Of a DNA stretch of 64,000 bases, positions 50,223 to 59,650 are shown in pieces (the first letter of the stretch is position 1; each line of letters starts with the position of its first letter). Source of the DNA: Alphaproteobacteria bacterium (GTDB lineage: Bacteria > Pseudomonadota > Alphaproteobacteria > UBA828); the NCBI GenBank assembly GCA_965214705.1, contig OZ243972.1, forward strand, positions 2,560,001 to 2,624,000. The letters are read 5' to 3'. A model generated the notes under the pieces. The model searched no databases and was not told the origin of the DNA. It saw only the letters and a list, made by a program, of their open reading frames with translations. Position numbers and translations under genes: made by a program.

Positions 50223-52403
50223 TCAGGCGGACGACAAGGTCGGGACGGTCTCGGCGCCCCAGAGCTGACGCTCGCGGATCCACGGCAGGGGTGTTTCGGG
50301 GTGCGGCGAATCGAATTCGCGTGCCAGCCGGTGCGCGTCGAAGATCGCGTTCATGAGCTGTTGCGGCGCACGGCAGTCGCCAACCCTGTAGATGCCGCGG
50401 ATCTCCTTCGCCTCCCACTCTCCGGCGCGCGCCTTGAGTTCTCGATAAAGTGCGGCATTCGGCACTCGCGCGGTCACGAGCACGACTGATTCGCACGGCA
50501 TCTCGATGGTATCGGTGCCCTCGCGGCGCCCGAAGCGCCCGTTGCCAAGGTCGGTCAGGTCGGGGCTGTCACGGTACATGTAGTAGAGCGTGGCTGCGCC
50601 CGGCTCGATTTTTTCCGGCCAGTGATAGGCCAAGTGGCCGATCTTCTTCTCGTGCATCATGCGTTTGAGGTTGCCCATCTCCATCGTGAAATAGGTGTAT
50701 TCCGCGACGTTAGCCGCGTCGTTCGCGATCGTCACCCGCTTGCCCCGGTCGGCCAGAAGCTCGGCCATGGCCGCCCCGGTGAAGTGATTGTCGCCGTCGA
50801 CGATCAGGACCCGTTCGCCGACCGGCTTGCCCGCCATGACCTGCTCGGGCGTGAGACAGTGCGCCAGCGCCGAGTCGGCACCCGGGATCGGGGCCTGGGT
50901 CTCGGCCCCCAGCCCGTCCTCCGACCAGTGAGAGCCCGTCGCGATCACCACCCGATCGGCGCCGTAGTCGAGCACGTCGTCCGCCGTCATGTGGCCGACG
51001 CCGAGATGAACCTCGACGTTCTTGAGCTTGGCGAGCTGGAATTCGCGGTAGCTGATGATCCGGCCCCACTCGGCGCAGCGTGGGTAGCGCGCGACGTCCT
51101 TCCAGAGACCGCCGAGCTCGCTCTCGGCCTCGCGCAGGTGCACGTCGTAGCCGCGCTCTCCCAGCGCCCGCGCACACTCCATGCCGGCGGGTCCGCCGCC
51201 CACCACGAGAACCGAGCAGGGGTCCGTCGACTTCGCGAACTTCTCGGGATGCCAGCCGCGGCGATACTCCTCCATCGTGGTGGCATTCTGGGTGCAGTAA
51301 ATCTGGCCGTTCTGCTGGAACTTCGAGACGCACATGTTGCAGCCGATGCACTCACGGATGTCCTCGGGACGCCCCTCCTCGATCTTCTTCGGCAGAAAGG
51401 GATCGGCGATCGACGGCCGCGCCGCGCCGATGATGTCGCATTGGCCTGTGTTGATGACGCCGACCATGTCGTCGGGGCTGGTGAAGCGCCCGTTGTTGAC
51501 GACCGGTATGTCGCCCATCACCGACTTGACCTGATCGACGAACGGTCCGGTCCAGTTGGTCTTGCGGAAGCGCGAGCCGCCGGCGTCCTCGCCAGCCCAT
51601 TCCTCGAGATCGCCGATCTTGGTGGAGAGCACATCCACCACGCCCTCGCGCGCGAGGATCTCGCAGAAGCCGATGCCCTCGTCGAAGTGCTGGATGCCCC
51701 GGGCGCCGCGCGTGGTGTCGAGGTTGAAGCGGGCGCAGATGGCGCTGTCGTCGCCGCAGGCTCTCTTGAGCGCGCTCAAGACCTCGATGATGAAGCGCGC
51801 GCGGTTCTCCAGCGGCCCGCCGTAGCCGTCGCGGCGGTGATTGTAGCGTCGCTCCAGGAACTGCATGGTGATGTTGCTGTCGCTGCAGATCACCTCGAGG
51901 ATGTCGAAGCCCGCCTGCTGGCCGCGCTTCGCCGCTTCCACGTACATCTCGATGAGCGCCTTGATGTCGTCCGCGTCGGCCTCGGCGCCGTAGATCGTGC
52001 GCGCGCGGTAGCCGTCGGACGGAAGGTCGCCCGCGCTGCGCGGCACCTCGCGCGATTCGAGGCAGGCCGACTGGATGCCGCCGTACCAGAGCTGGACGCC
52101 CGCCAAGGCGCCGTGGCCGTGCAGGGTGTCGCAGAGGTGGCGCAGATTGAGGATGTCGCCTTCGTCCCAGAGCCGCGCGGACACGTAGGGGTAGTCGTCC
52201 GATTCCGGATGGATCGAGCAGAACTCGGTGAACACGGTGCCCCAACCGCCTTCGGCCTTCATGCCCCGGAACGCCGCCTGCGCACCCGGACGCTCGGAGC
52301 CCGGCCCCGCGCAATGCGGTGTCTGCCAGAACCGGTTCTTCGCAACCTTCGGGCCCACCGCGATGGGCTCGAACAGGATGTCGTGCTTCGGATCACGTGG
52401 CAT
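50223..52403 (-). CDS. Trimethylamine/histamine dehydrogenase-like FMN-[4Fe-4S] flavoprotein, paralog 2
   Basis: MPRDPKHDILFEP, RFWQTPHC, RECIGCNMC...CTQNAT, GGGPAG. Confidence 0.9.
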   Translation of the reverse strand: MPRDPKHDILFEPIAVGPKVAKNRFWQTPHCAGPGSERPGAQAAFRGMKAEGGWGTVFTEFCSIHPESDDYPYVSARLWDEGDILNLRHLCDTLHGHGALAGVQLWYGGIQSACLESREVPRSAGDLPSDGYRARTIYGAEADADDIKALIEMYVEAAKRGQQAGFDILEVICSDSNITMQFLERRYNHRRDGYGGPLENRARFIIEVLSALKRACGDDSAICARFNLDTTRGARGIQHFDEGIGFCEILAREGVVDVLSTKIGDLEEWAGEDAGGSRFRKTNWTGPFVDQVKSVMGDIPVVNNGRFTSPDDMVGVINTGQCDIIGAARPSIADPFLPKKIEEGRPEDIRECIGCNMCVSKFQQNGQIYCTQNATTMEEYRRGWHPEKFAKSTDPCSVLVVGGGPAGMECARALGERGYDVHLREAESELGGLWKDVARYPRCAEWGRIISYREFQLAKLKNVEVHLGVGHMTADDVLDYGADRVVIATGSHWSEDGLGAETQAPIPGADSALAHCLTPEQVMAGKPVGERVLIVDGDNHFTGAAMAELLADRGKRVTIANDAANVAEYTYFTMEMGNLKRMMHEKKIGHLAYHWPEKIEPGAATLYYMYRDSPDLTDLGNGRFGRREGTDTIEMPCESVVLVTARVPNAALYRELKARAGEWEAKEIRGIYRVGDCRAPQQLMNAIFDAHRLAREFDSPHPETPLPWIRERQLWGAETVPTLSSA

Positions 52404-53120
52404 GAATTCGACCTCCCTGTGTCATCGCTCAGCATTCAGTCGGAATGCCTGGAGTACTGTCTTCCGATGTATAGCGGTTGCCCCAGCCAAGCCCGCTAGA
52501 CCGAGTTTGCTGGACTACGCCCCGTCATGCGACGCGGCAACGTTTCTGCAAGTCCCCTTGTCCATCACCTTGTTGTTCGGCACGTCGGTTGCGCGTCGAT
52601 CGCGCGATAAGCTATTGAAGTGGCTCGATAATTAGGGGTCACAATTGCACGCCGAGCAACAGACTGGGCGTCCAGCGCCGGCAAAATCATGCCGAATGGA
52701 TCGCGGCCTTCACCGGATGCTCAGAGTGCCAGGCTAACTGGTGGAAGGGTAGCGGGTGAAAGTCCCGCGAAACGAAAGGAGTAGCCAACCACGTTTCTCC
52801 GCGAGCCGTGCATCGTCGGCCGTGAGGCTGGGGGTGAAGCGTCGGTAGCGGTGCATGCGGGCAGGGACAGTGAACGCCGAAAACGAGATGGTCCGAAGTG
52901 CCGAGACGGTTGAGCACGTCGAAGGCAACATCTCCCGCACCGTAATATGGCGAGGTGTGAGGGAGCTTCGCGGCGTCGGGGACCCCATGCACGCATGTAA
53001 GCCCACCACCGGGACCTGGGAGGTCTTCACTCTGCCCCGATGGTCGTATCGGGGCCGCGAAGGGAAGGAGGTATCCGAAGCCTGAGATGAACGGAGTGAA
53101 GAAGTCGGACGGGGCCATAG

Positions 53121-54322
53121 GGAAGGTCTGATCAAGTCGAGTGTGCCATGATTTTCGTAGGAGTCGCAGATTGGATGATCGGGTCATGGCACAGGCGAGC
53201 TTTTCGGAACTGGAGCACGACTTGAAGAAGCGCCGGACGCGGCGCGAGCTGTTCCTGGAGAAGATGGACAAGCTGGTTCCCTGGGAGCGGCTGGAACGGC
53301 GGATCGAGCCGTTCTATCCGAAGGCGGGGCGCGGTCGGCGCCCGTACCCGCTTGCGGTGATGCTGCGCGTTCACTGCGTGCAGCTGTTCTACAACCTGAG
53401 CGATCCGGGGATGGAGGACCTGCTCTACGAGGTGGAGTCGGTGCGGCGTTTCGTGGGGCTGCGGCTGGCGGAGGCGTTGCCTGACGAGACCACCATCCTG
53501 AACTTCCGGCATCTTCTGGAGAAGCACGGCCTGGGCGAGGGTCTGTTCGAGGAGATCAATGCGCACCTGGCGTCGCGCGGCCATTGGCTGCGCACGGGGA
53601 CGATCGTTGACGCGAGCATCATCGAGGCGCCGTCGTCGACGAAGAACCGGCGCCGCGCACGGGACCCTGAGATGCGTCAGACGAGGAAGGGCAAGCAGTG
53701 GTATTTCGGGATGAAGGCGCACATCGGGGTGGACGCCGGGTCGGGTCTGGCACACAGCGTGGTGACGACGGCGGCCAACGCAAGCGACGTGACGCAGGCG
53801 GGAGCGCTGCTGCATGGCGCTGAGACGACGGCGTGGGGCGACGCGGGCTACCAGGGGGTGGAGAAGCGTCCCGAGCACCGGGATGGCGGTGTCGAGTGGC
53901 GTGTGGCGATGAAGCCGGGGCGGCGCCGGCTGCTGGCCGGGGGTGGCGCCGAAGCGGCGGCCGAGACGCGCAAGGCGTCGGTGCGGGCGAAGGTGGAGCA
54001 TCCGTTCCTGTACGTGAAGCGGCACTTCGGCTACGCCAAGGTGCGCTACCGGGGCGTGGCGAAGAACAGGCAGCGCATCGCGTTGCTGCTGGGGTTCTCG
54101 AACCTGCTGATCGCCGGCCGCTACGCGACGCAATGACAGGGGAGCAGTCCGCCCGCCGCCGGCGGGACGACGGGGAATGCGGCGGATCGACGCGGATATC
54201 GCCCGTTCGCTCCGTATCCCGCGACAAAAGCAGCCCCCGGCCTGCCGGCAATATCGTCGAGCTTCAAATCCAAGCCCCCTCTCCCCCTCGAAGCCGCCAA
54301 GATGGGGTTGTTCAGACTTTCC
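53121..54322 (+). mobile_element. IS5-family element, 1202 bp
   Basis: TIRs GGAAGGTCTGATC / GTTCAGACTTTCC; 4-bp TSD ATAG at 53117-53120 and 54323-54326. Confidence 0.93.
53186..54136 (+). CDS. IS5 transposase
   Basis: RTRRELFL, LSDPGMED, PDETTILNFRHLL, VDAS, FGMKAHIGVD, GDAGY, RAKVEHPF. Confidence 0.95.
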   Translation: MAQASFSELEHDLKKRRTRRELFLEKMDKLVPWERLERRIEPFYPKAGRGRRPYPLAVMLRVHCVQLFYNLSDPGMEDLLYEVESVRRFVGLRLAEALPDETTILNFRHLLEKHGLGEGLFEEINAHLASRGHWLRTGTIVDASIIEAPSSTKNRRRARDPEMRQTRKGKQWYFGMKAHIGVDAGSGLAHSVVTTAANASDVTQAGALLHGAETTAWGDAGYQGVEKRPEHRDGGVEWRVAMKPGRRRLLAGGGAEAAAETRKASVRAKVEHPFLYVKRHFGYAKVRYRGVAKNRQRIALLLGFSNLLIAGRYATQ

Positions 54323-54327
54323 ATAGT

Positions 54328-56351
54328 GTGTGCTGGGCAGCGCCCAGATCAGGTGGGTTCAAGTCCCACTGGCGCTCGGGTAAGGGGCGCCATATCCAAA
54401 AGTGGGGGTAATTCCTCACTGGCCGGAGTGAGCCGATAAGCGAAACTCTAAACGGGCACGAAGCCGGAAACGGCGGAGACAGCCAAGGGAGGAGCTAAGT
54501 TGGTCCACTGTCGAAAGACAACCGGAAGGCAGGGTGTCCACCGCGAGGTGGAATCTGAAGGGCTTGCGGAGAAGTACCGGGCCGTAATCGAGGGGGCCAC
54601 CCCATGATGAATCGGTCGGCCAAAGACGGGGCAAGGTCGAGCCGGCACTATGGCGGCGAAGGCGTTCTTACCCACCCGTCGCACCAAGGTGTTTGCGAGC
54701 GGCACGGTACGGAAGATCTGGACGTGACCCCAGGAGGGCTCGCCGCGTTCCCGGGTGGCACCGGGATAACGGACCCTATAAGCCGAAAGGCGAAATGGGA
54801 AAGGATGCGCGGCGAGCAATCGGACAACCGAATAGTACCTGAAGCCCGGCGAAAGCCGGGTGACCGCGCGAGCGGCGGCCGTGTGGGCCGGGGAAGTCGG
54901 TTGGCAGAGGTGGTCGGCGAGAGACAGCGATGAGTGAGTAAGGACCATGACGCGGACAAGTTCCTTGAGCGAAAGACCCGGACATCATGGCCCGAGGAGA
55001 CTCATCGACTGGATCAACCCGGCGGGTGACAGGAAGGTCCACTCACTGGTGGACAAGGTGTACAAGCGGAAGAACCTTGAGGTGGCCTGGGAAAAGGTGA
55101 AGCGCAACCGGGGTGCCGGTGGCGTGGACGGAGAGGATTTAGCGGCGTTCGAGGCATCGCTGGATGCAAATCTCGATCGCCTGCACCGGGAGTTGCGGGA
55201 CGGTGAGTATCACCCGCAGCCGGTTCTCCAATGCCTGATCCCCAAGGCGGGCCAGCCGGGGAAGTTCCGCCCGCTCGGCATCCCGACAATCTACGACCGG
55301 GTGTGCCAGCAGGCGCTGCTGAACCGGCTGGAACCGATCTTCGAGCCGGTGTTCGACGATGCCAACTACGGGTACCGGCAAGGAAGGTCTGCCCATGGAG
55401 CGTTACGCAAGATATGGAGGGAACTGGACGAGGGCAACGAGTGGGTTCTCGATGCGGATTTGAAAGACTTTTTCGGGTCCGTGGACCACGAAAAGCTCCT
55501 CGAACTCGTCAACCAGCGAGTCTCGGATGGCCGGGTATTAGGTCTGCTCAGGCAGATGCTCACGGCCGGGGTGGTGGCCGACGGTAAGAGGCTGCCGACC
55601 GAACAGGGCACTCCGCAGGGCGGCATCGTTTCACCGCTGCTCAGCAATATCTTGCTGACCCCGTTCGATTGGGAAATGCGTCGTCGCGGCTATCGACTAA
55701 CGCGATACGCCGATGATTGGCTGATCACGTGCCGCACACGCGGGGAAGCCCGCGCAGCACTGGAGACGGCCAGGCGGATTCTGGCAAAGCTGGGTGTGTC
55801 CCTCAACGCCGGGAAGACCCGCATTGTCCATGTCAGGCACGGGTTTGAGTTCCTCGGCTACAAGATCAAGCAGGGCGAGCGGCCTCTCCGGCTGTCGTCC
55901 TCCAAGATCAAGAGCGGGGTTCGCGGGGGAGCGCGCTACGCGGTTCCGCGTGAGAAATCCATCCGGCACTTCAAGGACCAGATTCGCCAGCGTACCCGGC
56001 GCAAGGCTCCTGTCAGCACGCAGGAGCTGATTGACGAGATCAACCCGATCATTCGGGGATGGGGCCAATACTATTGCAAGGCCCACGTCCGCGGGCTCTT
56101 CCACCAGCTTGACGGCTGGATCGTGCGGCGGCTCTGGTCGCATCGTCGCAAGCGCTGGCGCAACGCTGGCTGGAAACAGTTGCCGGAGCGCAAGCTGATC
56201 GACGAATACGGGCTTGTTCGCCTGATCTCACTGGTTCCGTCCTTGAACCTTCGTTGAGACACCTTTGTGAAAGCGGCTTACGGGAAAACCGTACGGGCCG
56301 TTTGAGCGGCGGACGGAGGCTAGCCTCGCGGGGCGCCTCCTCCGACCCGAC
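54328..56351 (+). mobile_element. Inner group II intron, apparently complete (2024 nt)
   Basis: 5' GTGTG; domain V AAGCGGCTTACGGGAAAACCGTACGGGCCGTTT; domain VI ending CCGACCCGAC; removal restores CCATAGT/ACCGATGAAG. Confidence 0.92.
54947..56257 (+). CDS. ltrA: Group II intron reverse transcriptase/maturase, no endonuclease domain
   Basis: GAGGVDG, RPLGIP...DRVCQ, DADLKDFF, GTPQGGIVSPLLSN, RYADD, FLGY, NPIIRGWGQYY. Confidence 0.95.
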   Translation: MTRTSSLSERPGHHGPRRLIDWINPAGDRKVHSLVDKVYKRKNLEVAWEKVKRNRGAGGVDGEDLAAFEASLDANLDRLHRELRDGEYHPQPVLQCLIPKAGQPGKFRPLGIPTIYDRVCQQALLNRLEPIFEPVFDDANYGYRQGRSAHGALRKIWRELDEGNEWVLDADLKDFFGSVDHEKLLELVNQRVSDGRVLGLLRQMLTAGVVADGKRLPTEQGTPQGGIVSPLLSNILLTPFDWEMRRRGYRLTRYADDWLITCRTRGEARAALETARRILAKLGVSLNAGKTRIVHVRHGFEFLGYKIKQGERPLRLSSSKIKSGVRGGARYAVPREKSIRHFKDQIRQRTRRKAPVSTQELIDEINPIIRGWGQYYCKAHVRGLFHQLDGWIVRRLWSHRRKRWRNAGWKQLPERKLIDEYGLVRLISLVPSLNLR

Positions 56352-56850
56352 ACCGATGAAGCGGGCGAACAAGGGGGCGCGAGCCCCTGCGGAACCTGTG
56401 GAGGGAAGGGCCTCGACCAAGGGGAATCCGCGAAGCGAAAGCACGCGCCGGACGCAGGGCCGGGAAAGCGTGACCCAGGCCGCCGAGCGGATACGTCAAG
56501 CTGCAACGAGGAAGCCGCAGGAGAAACTGACGGCGCTCCTGCACCATGTCACACCGGACGCGCTGCGCTGGGCCTTCCACGCGTTGAAGCGGGACGCCGC
56601 GGCGGGGATGGACGGCATGACATGGGCTGAGTACGCGAACGGTGTTGTTTCCCGCTTTAGCCGGATAGCGGGTCGGCGATTTTTCTCACATTGATCGGTT
56701 CAGGGATTTCCCCGGATGGTGGGGGAAAGCGGGAGATCGGCGAGCATCGCGGCTTCGGCGGTTGGCGGTGCCGGGGCGGGACCGTAGTCTCGGGCTGACG
56801 AGGAACAAGAAAGAGGCCCGCGCGGGCTGACTCCCGCCGGGCCATGGCCG

Positions 56851-57486
56851 GTGCAGCTTCGCTACGAAACGGGGCTTACCGGCGAGGAATACGTTAGGGC
56901 CGAGGCGTGGCGCGACGCAAGGCTTGAGCGCTGCCCGAATCACCCGCACGGCGGATGTTCCGTGGGAAGCCACGGCACCTACGGGCGGAAGACCCCGCCC
57001 GGCGCGAGGGTTCCTCGCTGGTATTGCCGCGAGAGCCATACGACGATCAGCCTTCTGGCCGACTGCCTGGCGGCGCGGCTGCCGGGCACGCTCGACGATC
57101 TGGAAGCGGTTGTCGTCGCGGCCGAGGGCGCGAAGAGCCAGGAGGAGGCGGCGAACGAGGTGCGCCGCCCCGAGGACGATGACGCCATCGAGCTTCCCGG
57201 CGCGCTGCGCTGGCTGCGCCGGCGGGTGGATCTCGTCCACGATGTCCTTTCCCGCGTTATCGGCCTGATCCCCGACAAGCTCGCGGGCTGCGCCGCCACC
57301 ATGAGCGCGGTGCGCGACAAGCTCAAAAGCAACCGCGCATTGATGGCGCTGCGCGGCCTGGTCGCCGGGCAGCTGCAGGCGCTGCCCGCGCCGTTGGGCT
57401 TCCAACCCCACGGAACCGGCGCGAGGAGTCGCAAGCCGGGCCTCCAACACTCGATGGGGCCTGATCCGCCCCCGCCAGGCGCCTAG
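56851..57486 (+). CDS. Transposon accessory protein with putative Zn ribbon
   Basis: CPNH...C...HGTY.R...RWYC...TISLL. Confidence 0.65.
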   Translation: MQLRYETGLTGEEYVRAEAWRDARLERCPNHPHGGCSVGSHGTYGRKTPPGARVPRWYCRESHTTISLLADCLAARLPGTLDDLEAVVVAAEGAKSQEEAANEVRRPEDDDAIELPGALRWLRRRVDLVHDVLSRVIGLIPDKLAGCAATMSAVRDKLKSNRALMALRGLVAGQLQALPAPLGFQPHGTGARSRKPGLQHSMGPDPPPPGA

Positions 57487-57530
57487 CGTCATGGTCCCGG
57501 GCCCGAGGGGCCGCGAACGAGGACCGTGAC

Positions 57531-58850
57531 ATGAAGGAATCGGATGACGACCTCCGCCAGGCGATCGCGCTCTTCCGATACGGCGTGATCGCCGATCTGG
57601 TGCATCTGCCGCTGGGCACGAAGGGCGTCGGCGACAGGCTTCGCGAGAAGGCCAGCCAGCCCTATGCCATCCCCGGAACCGACCGGACCCGGGTTGCCGC
57701 CGACACCATGCGGGAGTGGATCAGGCACTACCGCGATGGCGGCTTCGAGGCGCTCTACCCCAAGCCGCGCACCGACCGGGGCAAGCCCCGGCGGCTGCCG
57801 CCCGAGGTCGCCGAGCGCCTGGTCGCGCTGAAGGCCGACAACCCGGCCTGGCCGGTGCGCGCGATCATCCGCGCGGCCGCCGAGGAGGGCATCGATCACC
57901 CGCTCGCGCCCTCGACCGTGCACCGGCTGCTGAGCCGCGAGGGGCTGTTCGACAGGAAGCCGCCGGACGGCGCCGACCGCCGCCGCTTCGCCTTCCGCGA
58001 GGCCGGCGAGCTGTGGATGAGCGACGTCATGCACGGGCCCAAGGTCCGCTTCGGCCGGAGCCGGCGCAAGACCTACCTCATCGCATTCATCGACGACGCC
58101 ACCCGGGTCGTGCCCTTCGCCGCCTTCGCCACGGCCGAGAACGTCCAGGCCTTCCTGCCCGTGTTCAAGAATGCGCTGATCCGCCGCGGGCTGCCGCAGC
58201 GCCTTTATGTCGACAACGGCGCCGCCTACCGCTCCCGCCATCTCGCCCTGATCTGCGCAAGACTGGGCGTCGTGCTGGTGCATGCGAGGCCGTATCAGCC
58301 AGCCGGAAAGGGCAAGATCGAACGCTGGTTCAGAACGCTTCGCGCCGGCTGGCTCGCCCATCTCGATGCGCCGGTCCTGGACAGCCTCCAGACGCTCAAC
58401 CGCAGCCTCTGGGCGTGGATCGAGGGCGAGTATCACGACACCCCGCATCGCGGCCTCGAGGGACGCACGCCGCTGGAGCAGTGGGCGTTGGCCTCGGCCG
58501 CGGTCCGCTACCCCGACGCCACGCTCGACCTCGACGACATCTTCCTCTTCGAGGCCAGGCGGCTGGTCCACAAGGACCGCACCGTCAGCCTCAACGGTCG
58601 CGTCTACGAGGTCGACGCCATCCTGGTCGGGGAAAGGGTCGTGCTGCGCTACGACCCGGAGGCACCGCCCGGCCGGCCGCTCGACGTGGTCTGCGACGGA
58701 AAGCCCGCCGGCCAGGCAACCCGCCTCGACGCCTATGCCAACACCGCGGTGAAGCGCGGCCACTACTCCAAGAAGATCGAGCCCGACGACCCGGCGCCCG
58801 AGCCGCCGCCCTCGCCGCTCAAGATGCGCAAGTTCAAGGAGGACGACTGA
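57531..58850 (+). CDS. DDE transposase (HTH + rve core + Mu-like C terminus)
   Basis: LWMSDVMHG, FIDDATR, YVDNG, GKGKIERWF. Confidence 0.92.
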   Translation: MKESDDDLRQAIALFRYGVIADLVHLPLGTKGVGDRLREKASQPYAIPGTDRTRVAADTMREWIRHYRDGGFEALYPKPRTDRGKPRRLPPEVAERLVALKADNPAWPVRAIIRAAAEEGIDHPLAPSTVHRLLSREGLFDRKPPDGADRRRFAFREAGELWMSDVMHGPKVRFGRSRRKTYLIAFIDDATRVVPFAAFATAENVQAFLPVFKNALIRRGLPQRLYVDNGAAYRSRHLALICARLGVVLVHARPYQPAGKGKIERWFRTLRAGWLAHLDAPVLDSLQTLNRSLWAWIEGEYHDTPHRGLEGRTPLEQWALASAAVRYPDATLDLDDIFLFEARRLVHKDRTVSLNGRVYEVDAILVGERVVLRYDPEAPPGRPLDVVCDGKPAGQATRLDAYANTAVKRGHYSKKIEPDDPAPEPPPSPLKMRKFKEDD

Positions 58851-59650
58851 TGTACCAGCGCCACTTCGCCCTGACCGGCATGCCCTTCGAGACCCCGGCA
58901 CAGACCGACGAGCTGTTCGAATCCTCGGCCCGGCGCGAGGCCGAGGCCAGGCTCGGCCACCTCATCGAGCTCAAGGGCATCGGCCTGCTCACCGGCGAGG
59001 TCGGCGCCGGCAAGACCACCGTCTGCCGCCACCTCACCGACCAGCTCCACCCGGGGCTGTATCGCGTCCATTACGTCTCGCTCACCACCGGCAACGTGCT
59101 CGACACCTACAAGGCCATCGGATGGGAGCTCGGGCTGACCGTCGAGCGATCCCGCTCCTCGGCCCATCACGCGATCAGGACCGAGATCTCCCGCCTCGCC
59201 AAGGAAGCCAGGCAGCTCCCCGTCCTCGTCGTCGACGAGGCCCACCATCTGCGCAACGACGTGTTGGAGGATCTCCGCCTGCTGACCAACTTCGCCATGG
59301 ACTCCGAGAACCGCATGTGCCTCATCCTGGTCGGCCTCACTGAGCTCAGGCGGCGGCTGTCCATGGCGGTGCATGAGTCCCTCAGCCAGCGCCTCGTCGT
59401 GCGGCACCACCTCACCGGCCTCGAACGCGACGAGGTCGACGCCTATCTGACCCACCGCCTCCGGCTCGCCGGATGCGAGCTGCCGCTGTTCGAGGAGGCC
59501 GCCGTCGAGGCCCTGTTCCAGGGCACCCGCGGCCTGCCGCGCCAGATCAACCGCATCGCCCATTACGCGCTGTCGGCCGCCGCCCTCGACAAGGCAAAGA
59601 CCGTCAACGCCAACCACATCCAGACCGCCCTCGACGAGCTTCAGCCATGA
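58850..59650 (+). CDS. ExeA/TniB-like AAA+ ATPase (transposition helper)
   Basis: GEVGAGKT, VVDEAH, LVG, GLPRQIN; TGATG overlap with the transposase. Confidence 0.88.
   Translation: MYQRHFALTGMPFETPAQTDELFESSARREAEARLGHLIELKGIGLLTGEVGAGKTTVCRHLTDQLHPGLYRVHYVSLTTGNVLDTYKAIGWELGLTVERSRSSAHHAIRTEISRLAKEARQLPVLVVDEAHHLRNDVLEDLRLLTNFAMDSENRMCLILVGLTELRRRLSMAVHESLSQRLVVRHHLTGLERDEVDAYLTHRLRLAGCELPLFEEAAVEALFQGTRGLPRQINRIAHYALSAAALDKAKTVNANHIQTALDELQP

Noticed and set aside
54947-56257. RT as a retron, DGR, CRISPR-associated or defence RT
   Set aside because: Has a maturase domain and is flanked by a GTGTG start and domains V/VI of a group II intron
57716-59650. 644-aa ORF suggesting a transposase-ATPase fusion
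   Set aside because: The upstream part is an off-frame overlap; the ATPase has its own GGAGG RBS and ATG at 58850
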